This document shows, piece by piece, positions 25,681 through 41,621 of a DNA stretch of 64,000 bases; the stretch's first letter is position 1; each line of letters begins with the position of its first letter. The position numbers were made by a program, and so were the translations under genes. Source of the stretch: Eledone cirrhosa (lineage: Eukaryota); the NCBI GenBank assembly GCA_964016885.1, contig OZ024766.1, positions 14,508,001-14,572,000 of the forward strand, written 5' to 3'. The notes under the pieces were generated by a model that saw nothing but the letters and a program-made list of their open reading frames with translations, ran no database searches and had not been told where the DNA came from.

Positions 25681-26299
25681 GTAGGAGGTGAGTTTTATTG
25701 TAGTACAATAAAGCAATGCAGATATCGGATAAGAAGCACTCTACAGTTTGTAGGACTGGAGTATACATAATATAAGATCAAAAGATGGTTAAAGGAGTTC
25801 CATGTATTTTATTATGCGCATTTAAAACTGCACTATCCACAAGTGTTTTTTTAGCCTTCATATCATGTTCTCCTGTTTTATCTGATGAAAACACAAATAT
25901 TATTGCATGATGATGTTTGTTTTTGAAATGCGCATAATAAAATACATGGAACTCCTTTAACCATCTTTTGATCTTATATTATATATACATATATATATAT
26001 TTATATTTATATTTCTGGCTATTTCTGGCTGTCGATGGTCCTATTCAGGCCACTGGGATGACGTTGTTCAACGAGTGTATTTTTAAAAAAATGCAACAAG
26101 TGGTTCAAATCATTCGCAGATTTGCATTTGCTGTGTAAACGCAGATGGTTATTTTTCTTCTCATTTGGTGAACATCCAAGAATTTAACTGCTGTGATTTA
26201 CGGATTAATAGGTGAAATATATTTCTTACTTAAAGAGCCAGGAACCCAACGGCTGAGCTCCGGCCAGAGATCAGCAGTTGGGGTCCTGACTCTTTTCCT

Positions 26300-26340
<41 letters not shown>

Positions 26341-29300
26341 ACGAAGGAAATGTGGTAAGGAACCAGGTGGACCATAACGCACCAAAGTACTCAATACTTG
26401 AGGTAGTAGAGTGGGTAATAGGAACCTTATTATATATTTATATATATATATATATAAATAATATATTAATAAATGGAAACTATATTTATAAAACCATATT
26501 TATTTTATTATACATATTTCAAGGGCAACCAAGGCAAACTGTTGAGTGCTTTATATTAGTTATAAAAATGTTTAAGCTTATTGAATCCCAACAAATTAAA
26601 TATAACCTCTGCATATATATATATTTATATATATATATATAAATTTATATAATACAACATTAGAATTACTACTACATTTTACTTTCTATCTCTGTCTCTC
26701 ACATCTCTTTCTCTCCCTCTATCTCCCTCTCTCGATATCCCTCTCTTTCTCTCACCCCCCTCTCTCTCTCTATCTCTCTCTATCTCTCCTCTTGTCTCTC
26801 CCATACACTTACCTAAGGTCATGTAATTTAACTGGGTGTGACTTTCTCAAAAGTTAATACAAAGACTTGCTTTCAACTGACAGAAACATAGCTACAATGT
26901 TGCACACTCATATCATGTGTCTGTATGGCTGACTGCCTGAACTTCATACAGAAATAAAAAACCCCACACAACCAACATTCTGGGGTTGATAAAATATAAT
27001 TGTTTCTAATTATATTGACTAATTATATTTACGAATAATATTGACTAATAATATTGACTAATTATATTGACTAATTATATTTACTAATAATATTGACTAA
27101 TAATATTGACTAATTATATTGACTAATTATATTGACTAATTATATTTACTAATAATATTGACTAATAATATTGACTAATTATATTTACTAATAATATTGA
27201 CTAATAATATTGACTTATTATATTGACTAATTATATTGACTAATTATATTGACTAATTATATTGACTAATTATATTTACTAATAATATTGACTAATTATA
27301 TTTACTAATAATATTGACTAATAATATTGACTAATTATATTGACTAATTATATTGACTAATTATATTGACTAATTATATTGACTAATTATATTTACTAAT
27401 AATATTGACTAATTATATTTACTAATAATATTGACTAATTATATTGACTAATTATATTGACTAATTATATTGACTAATTATATTTACTAATAATATTGAC
27501 TAATAATATTGACTAATTATATTGACTAATTATATTTACTAATTATATTGACTAATTATATTGACTAATTATATTGACTAATTATATTGACTAATTATAT
27601 TTACTAATAATATTGACTAATTATATTGACTAATTATATTTACTAATAATATTGACTAATAATATTGACTAATAATATTGACTAATTATATTGACTAATT
27701 ATATTTACTAATTATATTGACTAATTATATTGACTAATTATATTGACTAATTATATTGACTAATTATATTTACTAATAATAGTAACTAATTATATGAACT
27801 AATAATTATTTCTACATTAGCCACAAGGCCAGCAATTACCCAGTACATTACTGGTACTTTATTTTATCGACCCCGTAAGGATGAAAGGCAAAGTTAACCT
27901 CATTAACTAATTATATTGACTAATAATATTAACTAATTATATTGACTAATTATATTAACTAATAATATTAACTAATATTATCACCTAATAATATTAACTA
28001 ATAACATTCACTAATTATATTAACTAATAATATTAACTAATATTATCAACTAATAATATTCACTAATAATTTAAATAATTTTTACATTAGGCACAAGGCC
28101 AGCAATTACCCCAGTGTATTACTGGTACTTTATTTTATCAACCCCGTAAGGATGAAAGGCAAAGTTAACCTCGGCGGGATTTGAATTAGTTAATATTATT
28201 CGGTGGATTGTCAGTATCGGTGGAGCGTCGGACGCCATGCTTTGATGCATAGTTATATAATTAGTAAATATTATTAGTTAATATTATTAGTTAATATAAT
28301 TAGTTAATATTATTAGTTAATATTATTAGTTAATATTATTAGTTAATATTATTAGTTAATATTATTAGTTAATATTATTTAGTTAATATTATTAGTTAAT
28401 ATTATTAGTCAATATAATTAGTTAATATTATTAGTTAATATAATTAGTTAATATTATTAGTTAATATTATTAGTCAATAATAATATTAATGGCAGTGGAT
28501 TGCCAGTATCAGTGGAGGGTCGGACGCCATGCTTTGATGCATAGAGTTACGGCCCTTGCCATTCTGAGTTCAAATCCCACCGAGGTTAACTTTGCCTTTC
28601 ATCCTTACGGAGTCGATAAAATAAAGTAGCAGTAATTCACTGGGGTAATTGCTGGCCTTGTGCCTAACGTAGAAACAATTATTAACTAATATTACTAACT
28701 AATAATATTGATTGTTGACTAGAAATTTAGAGATTATTTTAATGGTTTCTGATTTAGATGCAAGGCCAACACATTTGGGGAAGGGGTGTTGATTGACCCC
28801 AGTGTGTTACTGGTACTTTATTTTATCAACCCAGTAAGGATGAAGGGCAAAGCTTACCTTGATGGGATTTGAACTCAGAACGTAAAGGGCCGTAACTGGG
28901 TTCAAATCCTACTGAAGTTATAGCTCTGGCTTTCATCCTTACAGGGTTGATAAAGTAAAGTACCAGTAACGTACTGGGGTTGATAAAGTAAAGTACCTGT
29001 AAGGTTCTTGGGTTGATAAAGTAAGGTACCAGTAATGTACTGGGGTTGATAAAGTAAAGTACCAGTAATGTACTGGGGTTGATAAAGTAAAGTACCAGTA
29101 ACGTACTGGAGTTGATAAAGTAAAGTACCTGTAAGGTTCTTGGGTTGATAAAGTAAAGTACCAGTAACGTACTGGGGTTGATAAAGTAAAGTACCAGTAA
29201 CGTACTGGGGTTGATAAAGTAAAGTACCAGTAATGTACTGGGGTTGATAAAATAAAGTACCAGTAACGTACTGGGGTTGATAAAGTAAAGTACCAGTAAT

Positions 29301-31627
29301 ATACTGTGGTTGATAAAGTAAAGTACCAGTAACGTACTGGGGTTGATAAAATAAAGTACCAGTAACCTACTGGAGTTGATAAAGTAAAGTACCAGTAATG
29401 TACGGGGGTTGATAAAGTAAAGTACCAGTAACGTACTGGGGTTGATAAAGTAAAGTACCAGTAATGTACTGGGGTTGATAAAGTAAAGTACCGGTAATGT
29501 ACTGGGGTTGATAAAGTAAAGTACCAGTAACGTACTGGGGTTGATAAAATAAAGTACCAGTAACGTACTGGGGTTGATAAAGTAAACTACCAGTAATGTA
29601 CTGGGGTTGATAAAATAAAGTACCTTGACTGGTGAGAGATAAAAGCTGAGATATGAAAATAACTAACCTTTCTGACAACTGTTTCCTTCATAACCTGGAG
29701 CACATCTACCCCTTGAACAGATCCCTAATTCCACATTACACCTGTTGTTATCTTCACAATGACACACCTGATCACAGTTGGCACCAAGTCTTCCACTACT
29801 GCACACTGTAACAGGAAAACATTGGTGTAGATCAGGGATTGGCAACTTCTTTGCCTCCATGGGCCGGACGAACGCCATAAAAGAATAATTATGGAAAATT
29901 ACACAAGCTAAAATTTTTATCTCGAGTGTCGACTATACTATTCATTTCTCAAATCTTGAATTATATTCACAAATACCTCTGAATCCTGTGATTTCCCTCC
30001 TTGAAATGATGGAAAATGCACATAATTTTTATTTCAAAGTTGATGTTCCCACAACTGTAGCTTTTTTTCAAAGGCAACAATATGGTTATACATTTCATTT
30101 ACGAGCTGAGTTTTACCTTGAAGTTGTAAATTTAAGTTATTTAACCCTTTAGCACTTACATTATTCTATATTTACTATTGTAGTTTCACAGTAAACACTT
30201 TATCTTATATAGTTATCTCACATAATATTGAATCTATGAGATTTTGATATTATTTATTTTGAGAAGAATACCTTAACGTCAGTATGAATGGCTAGTTACA
30301 GCCGGTTTGAACAGAAAAAAGTGAGAGATTTCTGGCCGGATATGGCCGGTTTAAATGCTAAAGGGTTAAACGAGTCACAATATCCTCAATAAATACCAAA
30401 GTTGTAACAGCAGGCCTTTTATTGTATTCGAAAGGAATAATACGTATTATTCTTTTAAAATCTTTTATAATCTCTATAATTGTATTATTCTTTATCGAAA
30501 GGTTGTGAGTTCAATTCTCCGACCGGGTAATGTGTTGTTTCCTTGAGCAAACACTTTATTTCAAATTGCTCCAGTTTACTCAGCTGTAGAAATGAGATGA
30601 TAGGGACTGGGGTCCCTATCATTCCACTGTAAAGTGGTCGTAGAGGTGCCACGGCAAAAAATCACCCAGCACTCACTGTAAATGAGGTTGGTTTTAGGAA
30701 GGGCATCAAGCTGTAGAAATCAAGCCAGAATCAGTTCCTGTCCCACTCTTGCAAGCAGGGAAAAGGGGACGTAAAATGAAATGATTTCATAATTCAGGGG
30801 TTGATAAAATATAGTACCAGTGATATCCTGGAGTAGATTTAATAGAATAGCTTAACACACACTCACATATATATATATATCTACTAACCAAAGTATCGCG
30901 TGATCTGGTGCGTTATGGTCCACCTCGTTCCTTACCATACTTCCTACCACACACACACACACACATATATAGATATATACTTATAAATATATACAGAATA
31001 AGGAGCAGGTATTACAATAACCTGGGGTTCAAGGGCCCTCACCTCTTCAACAAGCTGCCAAGGAATTTGAGAGATCTGCATGGTGTGGACGTGGATGTTT
31101 TCAAGGAACATCTCGACACCCTGTTACCAGGATCCTGGATGAGCCCACAGCATGGTTCGAAGGTAACCTAAGGGCAGCAACAACGAACCCCCTCTTTGCC
31201 GAATGGCCAACCAACACAGGTTGGAGAAAGAATGTGTAACAAGGGCATGCCCCAGCATGGCCTCAACTGGATCGCTGGAACACGTTAAAAGAGTAAAAGA
31301 GAATATATATATATACATATATATATATTTATATTTATATTTCTGGCTATTTCTGGCTGTCGATGGTCCTATTCAGGCCACTGGGATGACGTTGTTCAAC
31401 GAGTGTATTTTTAAAAAAATGCAACACGTGGTTCAAATCATTCGCAGATTTGCATTTGCTGTGTAAACGCAGATGGTTATTTTTCTTCTCATTTGGTGAA
31501 CATCCAAGAATTTAACTGCTGTGATTTACGGATTAATAGGTGAAATATATTTCTTACTTAAAGAGCCAGGAACCCAACGGCTGAGCTCCGGCCAGAGATC
31601 AGCAGTTGGGGTCCTGACTCTTTTCCT

Positions 31628-31660
<33 letters not shown>

Positions 31661-31813
31661 AATAATATATTAATAAATGGAAACTATATTTATAAAACCA
31701 TATTTATTTTATTATACATATTTCAAGGGCAACCAAGGCAAACTGTTGAGTGCTTTATATCAGTTATAAAAATGTTTAAGCTTATTGAATCCCAACAAAT
31801 TAAATATAACCTC

Positions 31814-31858
<45 letters not shown>

Positions 31859-34800
31859 ATAAATATATATAATACAACATTAGAATTACTACTACATTTT
31901 ACTTTCTATCTCTGTCTCTCACATCTCTTTCTCTCCCTCTATCTCCCTCTCTCGATATCCCTCTCTTTCTCTCACCCCCCTCTCTCTCTCTATCTCTCTC
32001 TATCTCTCCTCCTGTCTCTCCCATACACTTACCTAAGGTCATGTAATTTAACTGGGTGTGACTTTCTCAAAAGTTAATACAAAGACTTGCTTTCAACTGA
32101 CAGAAACATAGCTACAATGTTGCACACTCATATCATGTGTCTGTATGGCTGACTGCCTGAACTTCATACAGAAATAAAAAACCCCACACAACCAACATTC
32201 TGGGGTTGATAAAATATAATTGTTTCTAATTATATTGACTAATTATATTTACGAATAATATTGACTAATAATATTGACTAATTATATTGACTAATTATAT
32301 TTACTAATAATATTGACTAATAATATTGACTAATTATATTGACTAATTATATTGACTAATTATATTGACTAATTATATTTACTAATAATATTGACTAATA
32401 ATATTGACTAATTATATTTACTAATAATATTGACTAATAATATTGACTTATTATATTGACTAATTATATTGACTAATTATATTGACTAATTATATTGACT
32501 AATTATATTTACTAATAATATTGACTAATTATATTTACTAATAATATTGACTAATTATATTGACTAATTATATTGACTAATTATATTGACTAATTATATT
32601 TACTAATAATATTGACTAATAATATTGACTAATTATATTGACTAATTATATTGACTAATTATATTTACTAATAATATTGACTAATAATATTGACTAATTA
32701 TATTGACGAATTATATTGACTAATTATATTTACTAATTATATTGACTAATTATATTGACTAATTATATTGACGAATTATATTGACTAATTATATTTACTA
32801 ATTATATTGACTAATTATATTGACTAATAATATTAACTAATAATATTAACTAAATAATATTAACTATCAAGGGCGGTGGATTGGCAGTATCGGTATAAGG
32901 TCGGACGCCGTGCTTTCCAGCATAGTTACGTCCCTTTACGATCTGAGTTCAAATCCCGCCGAGGTAGACTTTGCCTTTCATCCTTACGGGGTCGATAAAA
33001 TAAAGTACCAGTTATGCACTGGGTAATTGCTGGCCTTGTGCCTAAAGTAGAAACAATTATTAGTAAATATAATTAGTTAATATTATTAGTTAATATAATT
33101 AGTTAATATTATTAGTTAATATTATTAGTCAATAATAATATTAATGGCAGTGGATTGGCAGTATCAGTGGAGGTCGGACGCCATGCTTTGATGCATAGAG
33201 TTACGGCCCTTGCCATTCTGAGTTCAAATCCCACCGAGGTTAACTTTGCCTTTCATCCTTACGGGGTCGATAAAATAAAGTAGCAGTAATACACTGGGGT
33301 AATTGCTGGCCTTGTGCCTAACGTAGAAACAATTATTAACTAATATTTCTAACTAATAATATTGATTGTTGACTAGAAATTTAGAGATTATTTTAATGGT
33401 TTCTGATTTAGATGCAAGGCCAACACATTTGGGGAAGGGGTGTTGATTGACCCCAGTGTGTTACTGGTACTTTATTTTATCAACCCAGTAAGGATGAAAG
33501 GCAAAGCTTACCTTGATGGGATTTGAACTCAGAACGTAAAGGGCCGTAACTGGGTTCAAATCCTACTGAAGTTATAGCTCTGGCTTTCATCCTAACAGGG
33601 TTGATAAAGTAAAGTACCAGTAACGTACTGGGGTTGATAAAGTAAAGTACCTGTAACGTTCTTGGGTTGATAAAGTAAGGTACCAGTAATGTACTGGGGT
33701 TGATAAAGTAAAGTACCAGTAATGTACTGGGTTTGATAAAGTAAAGTACCAGTAACGTACTGGGGTTGATAAAGTAAAGTACCAGTAATGTACGGGGGGT
33801 TGATAAAGTAAGGTACCAGTAATGTACTGGGGTTGATAAAGTAAAGTACCAGTAATGTACTGGGGTTGATAAGGTAAAGTACCTGTAACGTTCTTGGGTT
33901 GATAAAGTAAGGTACCAGTAATGTACTGGGGTTGATAAAGTAAAGTACCAGTAATGTACTGGGGTTGATAAAGTAAAGTATCAGTAACGTACTGGGGTTG
34001 ATAAAGTAAAGTACCAGTAACGTACTGGAGTTGATAAAGTAAAGTACCAGTAATGTACGGGGGGTTGATAAAGTAAAGTACCAGTAACGTACTGGGGTTG
34101 ATAAAGTAAAGTACCAGTAATGTACTGGGGTTGATAAAGTAAAGTACCAGTAACGTACTGGTGTTGATAAAGTAAAGTACCAGTAAAGTACTGGGGTTGA
34201 CAAAATAAAGTACCAGTAATGTACTGGGATTGATAAAATAAAGTACCAGTAATGTACTGGGGTTGATAAAATAAAGTACCTGGAATGGTGAGAGATAAAA
34301 GCTGAGATATGAAAATAACTAACCTTTCTGACAACTGTTTCCTTCATAACCTGGAGCACATCTACCCCTTGAACAGATCCCTAATTCCACATTACACCTG
34401 TTGTTATCTTCACAATGACACACCTGATCACAGTTGGCACCAAGTCTTCCACTACTGCACACTGTAACAGGAAAACATTGGTGTAGATCAGGGATTGCCA
34501 ACTTCTTTGCCTCCATGGGCCGGACGAACGCCATAAAAGAATAATTATGGAAAATTACACAAGCTAAAATTTAATCTCGAGTGTTGACTATACTATTCAT
34601 TTTTCAAATCTTGAATTATATTCACAAATACCTCTGAATCCTGTGATTTCCCTCCTTGAAATGATGGAAAATGCACATAATTTTTATTTCAAAGTTGATG
34701 TTCCCACAACTGTAGCTTTTTTTCAAAGGCAACAATATGGTTATACATTTCATTTACGAGCTGAGTTTTACCTTGAAGTTGTAAATTTAAGTTATTTAAC

Positions 34801-36602
34801 CCTTTAGCACTTACATTACTCTATATTTACTATTGTAATGTCACAGTAAACACTTTATCTTATATAGTTATCTCACATAATATTGAATCTATGAGATTTT
34901 GATATTATTTATTTTGAGAAGAATACCTTAACGTCAGTATGAGTGGCTAGTTACAGCCGGTTTGAACAGAAAAAAGTGAGAGATTTCTGGCCGGATATGG
35001 CCGGTTTAAATGCTAAAGGGTTAAACGATTCACAATATCCTCAATAAATACCAAAGTTGTAACAGCAGGCCTTTTATTGTATTCGAAAGGAATAATACGT
35101 ATTATTCTTTTATAATCTTTTATAATCTCTATAATTGTATTATTCTTTATCGAAAGGTTGTGAGTTCAATTCTCCGACCGGTTAATGTGTTGTTTCCTTG
35201 AGCAAGACACTTTATTTCAAATTGCTCCAGTTTACTCAGCTGTAGAAATGAGATGATAGGGACTGGGGTCCCTATCATTCCACTGTAAAGTGGTCCTAGA
35301 GGGGCCACGGCAAAAAATCACCCAGCACTCACTGTAAATGAGGTTGGTTTTAGGAAGGGCATCAAGCTGTAGAAATCAAGCCAGAATCAGTTCCTGTCCC
35401 ACTCTTGCAAGCAGGGAAAAGGGGACGTAAAATGAAATGATTTCATAATTCAGGGGTTGATAAAATATAGTACCAGTGATATCCTGGGGTAGATTTAATA
35501 GAATAGCTTAACACGCACTCACATATATATATATCTACTAACCAAAGTATCGCGTGATCTGGTGCGTTATGGTCCACCTCGTTCCTTACCATACTTCCTA
35601 CCACACACACACACACACACATATATAGATATATACTTATAAATATATACAGAATAAGGAGCAGGTATTACAATAACCTGGGGTTCAAGGGCCCTCACCT
35701 CTTCAACAAGCTGCCAAGGAATTTGAGAGATCTGCATGGTGTGGACGTGGATGTTTTCAAGGAACATCTCGACACCCTGTTACCAGGATCCTGGATGAGC
35801 CCACAGCATGGTTCGAAGGTAACCTAAGGGCAGCAACAACGAACCCCCTCTTTGCCGAATGGCCAACCAACACAGGTTGGAGAAAGAATGTGTAACAAGA
35901 GCATGCCCCAGCATGGCCTCAACTGGATCGCTGGAACACGTTAAAAGAGTAAAAGAGAATATATATATATATATACATATAATGTAGGAGGTGAGTTTTA
36001 TTGTGGTACAATAAAGCAATGCAGATATCGGATAAGAAGCACTCTACAGTTTGTAGGACTGGAGTATACATAATATAAGATCAAAAGATGGTTAAAGGAG
36101 TTCCATGTATTTTATTATGCGCATTTAAAACTGCACTATCCACAAGTGTTTTTTTAGCCTTCATATCATGTTCTCCTGTTTTATCTGATGAAAACACAAA
36201 TATTATTGCATGATGATGTTTGTTTTTGAAATGCGCATAATAAAATACATGGAACTCCTTTAACCATCTTTTGATCTTATATTATATATACATATATATA
36301 TATTTATATTTATATTTCTGGCTATTTCTGGCTGTCGATGGTCCTATTCAGGCCACTGGGATGACGTTGTTCAACGAGTGTATTTTTAAAAAAATGCAAC
36401 AAGTGGTTCAAATCATTCGCAGATTTGCATTTGCTGTGTAAACGCAGATGGTTATTTTTCTTCTCATTTGGTGAACATCCAAGAATTTAACTGCTGTGAT
36501 TTACGGATTAATAGGTGAAATATATTTCTTACTTAAAGAGCCAGGAACCCAACGGCTGAGCTCCGGCCAGAGATCAGCAGTTGGGGTCCTGACTCTTTTC
36601 CT

Positions 36603-36691
<89 letters not shown>

Positions 36692-39600
36692 ACGAAGGAA
36701 ATGTGGTAAGGAACCAGGTGGACCATAACGCACCAAAGTACTCAATACTTGAGGTAGTAGAGTGGGTAATAGGAACCTTATTATATATTTATATATATAT
36801 ATATATAAATAATATATTAATAAATGGAAACTATATTTATAAAACCATATTTATTTTATTATACATATTTCAAGGGCAACCAAGGCAAACTGTTGAGTGC
36901 TTTATATCAGTTATAAAAATGTTTAAGCTTATTGAATCCCAACAAATTAAATATAACCTCTGCATATATATATATTTATATATATATATATATATATAAT
37001 ACAACATTAGAATTACTACTACATTTTACTTTCTATCTCTCTGCCTCTTCCACTTTTAGTCTCCATTCTTCCCACTTTCTCTCTCTCCCTCTCTCTCTGT
37101 CTCTCTCACATCTCTTTCTCTCCCTCTATCTCCCTCTCTCGATATCCCTCTCTTTCTCTCTCTCTCTGTCTCTCTCGCCCCCTCTCTCTCTATCTCTCCT
37201 CCTGTCTCTCCCATACACTTACCTAAGGTCATGTAATTTAACTGGGTGTGACTTTCTCTAAAAGTTAATACAAAGACTTGCTTTCAACTGACAGAAACAT
37301 AGCTACGATGTTGCACACTCATATCATGTGTCTGTATGGCTGACTGTCTGAACTTCATACAGAAATAAAAAACCCACACAACCAACATTCTGGGGTTGAT
37401 AAAATATAATTGTTTCTAATTATATTGACTAATTATATTTACTAATAATATTTAGTAATAATATTGACTAATTATATTGACTAATTATATTGACTAATTA
37501 TATTGAGTAATAATATTGACTAATTATATTGACTAATTATATTGACTAATTATATTGACTAATTATATTGACTAATTATATTGACTAATTATATTTACTA
37601 ATAGTATTGACTAATAATATTGACTAATTATATTGACTAATTATATTGACTAATTATATTGACTAATTATATTGACTAATTATATTGACTAATTATATTT
37701 ACTAATTATATTGACTAATTATATTTACTAATAATAGTAACTAATTATATGAACTAATAATTGTTTCTACGTTAGGCACAAGGCCAGCAATTACCCAGTA
37801 CATTACTGGTACTTTATTTTATCGACCCCGTAAGGATGAAAGGCAAAGTTAACCTCATTAACTAATTATATTGACTAATTATATTAACTAATATTATCAC
37901 CTAATAATATTAACTAATAACATTCACTAATTATATTAACTAATAATATTAACTAATATTATCAACTAATAATATTCACTAATAATTTAAATAATTTTTA
38001 CATTAGGCACAAGGCCAGCAATTACCTCAGTGTATTACTGGTACTTTATTTTATCAACCCCGTAAGGATGAAAGGCAAAGTTAACCTCGGCGGGATTTGA
38101 ATTAGTTAATATTATTCGGTGGATTGGCAGTATCGGTGGAGCGTCGGACGCCATGCTTTGATGCATAGAGTTATATAATTAGTAAATATTATTAGTTAAT
38201 ATTATTAGTTAATATTATTAGTTAATATAATTAGTTAATATTATTAGTTAATATTATTAGTTAATATAATTAGTTAATATAATTAGTTAATATTATTAGT
38301 TAATATTATTAGTTAATATTATTAGTTAATATAATTAGTTAATATTATTAGTTAATATTATTAGTTAATATAATTAGTTAATATTATTAGTTAATATTAT
38401 TAGTTAATATTATTAGTTAATATAATTAGTTAATATTATTAGTTAATATTATTAGTTAATATTATTAGTTAATATTATTAGTTAATATTATTAGTTAATA
38501 TAATTAGTTAATATTATTAGTTAATATTATTAGTTAATATAATTAGTTAATATTATTAGTTAATATTATTAGTTAATATTATTAGTCAATATAATTAGTT
38601 AATATTATTAGTTAATATAATTAGTTAATATTATTAGTCAATAATAACATTAATGGCAGTGGATTGGCAGTATCAGTGGAGGGTGGGACGCCATGCTTTG
38701 ATGCATAGAGTTACGGCCCTTGCCATTCTGAGTTCAAATCCCACCGAGGTTAACTTTGCCTTTCATCCTTACGGGGTCGATAAAATAAAGTAGCAGTAAT
38801 TCACTGGGGTAATTGCTGGCCTTGTGCCTAACGTAGAAACAATTATTAACTAATATTACTAACTAATAATATTGATTGTTGACTAGAAATTTAGAGATTA
38901 TTTTAATGGTTTCTGATTTAGATGCAAGGCCAACACATTTGGGGAAGGGGTGTTGATTGACCCCAGTGTGTTACTGGTACTTTATTTTATCAACCCAGTA
39001 AGGATGAAGGGCAAAGCTTACCTTGATGGGATTTGAACTCAGAACGTAAAGGGCCGTAACTGGGTTCAAATCCTACTGAAGTTATAGCTCTGGCTTTCAT
39101 CCTAACAGGGTTGATAAAGTAAAGTACCAGTAACGTACTGGGGTTGATGAAGTAAAGTACCTGTAACGTTCTTGGGTTGATAAAGTAAGGTACCAGTAAT
39201 GTACTGGGTTTGATAAAGTAAAGTACCAGTAACGTACTGGGGTTGATAAAGTAAAGTACCAGTAACGTACTGGGGTTGATAAAGTAAAGTACCAGTAACG
39301 AACTGGGGTTGATAAAGTAAACTACCAGTAATGTACTGGGGTTAATAAAATAAAGTACCAGTAATGTACTGGGGTTGATAAAATAAAGTACCTGGACTGG
39401 TGAGAGATAAAAGCTGAGATATGAAAATAACTAACCTTTCTGACAACTGTTTCCTTCATAACCTGGAGCACATCTACCCCTTGAACAGATCCCTAATTCC
39501 ACATTACACCTGTTGTTATCTTCACAATGACACACCTGATCACAGTTGGCACCAAGTCTTCCACTACTGCACACTGTAACAGGAAAACATTGGTGTAGAT

Positions 39601-41063
39601 CAGGGATTGGCAACTTCTTTGCCTCCATGGGCCGGACGAACGCCATAAAAGAATAATTATGGAAAATTACACAAGCTAAAATTTAATCTCGAGTGTTGAC
39701 TATACTATTCATTTCTCAAATCTTGAATTATATTCACAAATACCTCTGAATCCTGTGATTTCCCTCCTTGAAATGATGGAAAATGCACATAATTTTTATT
39801 TCAAAGTTGATGTTCCCACAACTGTAGCTTTTTTTCAAAGACAACAATATGGTTATACATTTCATTTACGAGCTGTGTTTTACCTTGAAGTTGTAAATTT
39901 AAGTTATTTAACCCTTTAGCACTTACATTATTCTATATTTACTATTGTAGTTTCACAGTAAACACTTTATCTTATATCGTTATCTCACATAATATTGAAT
40001 CTATGAGATTTTGATATTATTTATTTTGAGAAGAATACCTTAACGTCAGTATGAGTGGCTAGTTACAGCCGGTTTGAACAGAAAAAAGTGAGAGATTTCT
40101 GGCCGGATATGGCCGGTTTAAATGCTAAAGGGTTAAACGAGTCACAATATCCTCAATAAATACCAAAGTTGTAACAGCAGGCCTTTTATTGTATTCGAAA
40201 GGAATAATACGTATTATTCTTTTATAATCTTTTATAATCTCTATAATTGTATTATTCTTTATCGAAAGGTTGTGAGTTCAATTCTCCGACCGGTTAATGT
40301 GTTGTTTCCTTGAGCAAGACACTTTATTTCAAATTGCTCCAGTTTACTCAGCTGTAGAAATGAGATGATAGGGACTGGAGTCCCTATCATTCCACTGTAA
40401 AGTGGTCGTAGAGGTGCCACGGCAAAAAATCACCCAGCACTCACTGTAAATGAGGTTGGTTTTAGGAAGGGCATCAAGCTGTAGAAATCAAGCCAGAATC
40501 AGTTCCTGTCCCACTCTTGCAAGCAGGGAAAAGGGGACGTAAAATGAAATGATTTCATAATTCAGGGGTTGATAAAATATAGTACCAGTGATATCCTGGA
40601 GTAGATTTAATAGAATAGCTTAACACACACTCACATATATATATATATCTACTAACCAAAGTATCGCGTGATCTGGTGCGTTATGGTCCACCTCGTTCCT
40701 TACCATACTTCCTACCACACACACACATATATAGATATATACTTATAAATATATACAGAATAAGGAGCAGGTATTACAATAACCTGGGGTTCAAGGGCCC
40801 TCACCTCTTCAACAAGCTGCCAAGGAATTTGAGAGATCTGCATGGTGTGGACGTGGATGTTTTCAAGGAACATCTCGACACCCTGTTACCAGGATCCTGG
40901 ATGAGCCCACAGCATGGTTCGAAGGTAACCTAAGGGCAGCAACAACGAACCCCCTCTTTGCCAAATGGCCAACCAACACAGGTTGGAGAAAGAATGTGTA
41001 ACAAGGGCATGCCCCAGCATGGCCTCAACTGGATCGCTGGAACACGTTAAAAGAGTAAAAGAG

Positions 41064-41094
<31 letters not shown>

Positions 41095-41390
41095 TTATAT
41101 TTATATTTCTGGCTATTTCTGGCTGTCCATGGTCCTATTCAGGCCACTGGGATGACGTTCAACGAGTGTATTTTTTAAAAAATGCAACACGTGGTTCAAA
41201 TCATTCGCAGATTTGCATTTGCTGTGTAAACGCAGATGGTTATTTTTCTTCTCATTTGGTGAACATCCAAGAATTTAACTGCTGTGATTTACGGATTAAT
41301 AGGTGAAATATATTTCTTACTTAAAGAGCCAGGAACCCAACGGCTGAGCTCCGGCCAGAGATCAGCAGTTGGGGTCCTGACTCTTTTCCT

Positions 41391-41423
<33 letters not shown>

Positions 41424-41576
41424 AATAATATATTAATAAATGGAAACTATATTTATAAAACCATATTTATTTTATTATACATATTTCAAGGGCAACCAAG
41501 GCAAACTGTTGAGTGCTTTATATCAGTTATAAAAATGTTTAAGCTTATTGAATCCCAACAAATTAAATATAACCTC

Positions 41577-41621
<45 letters not shown>
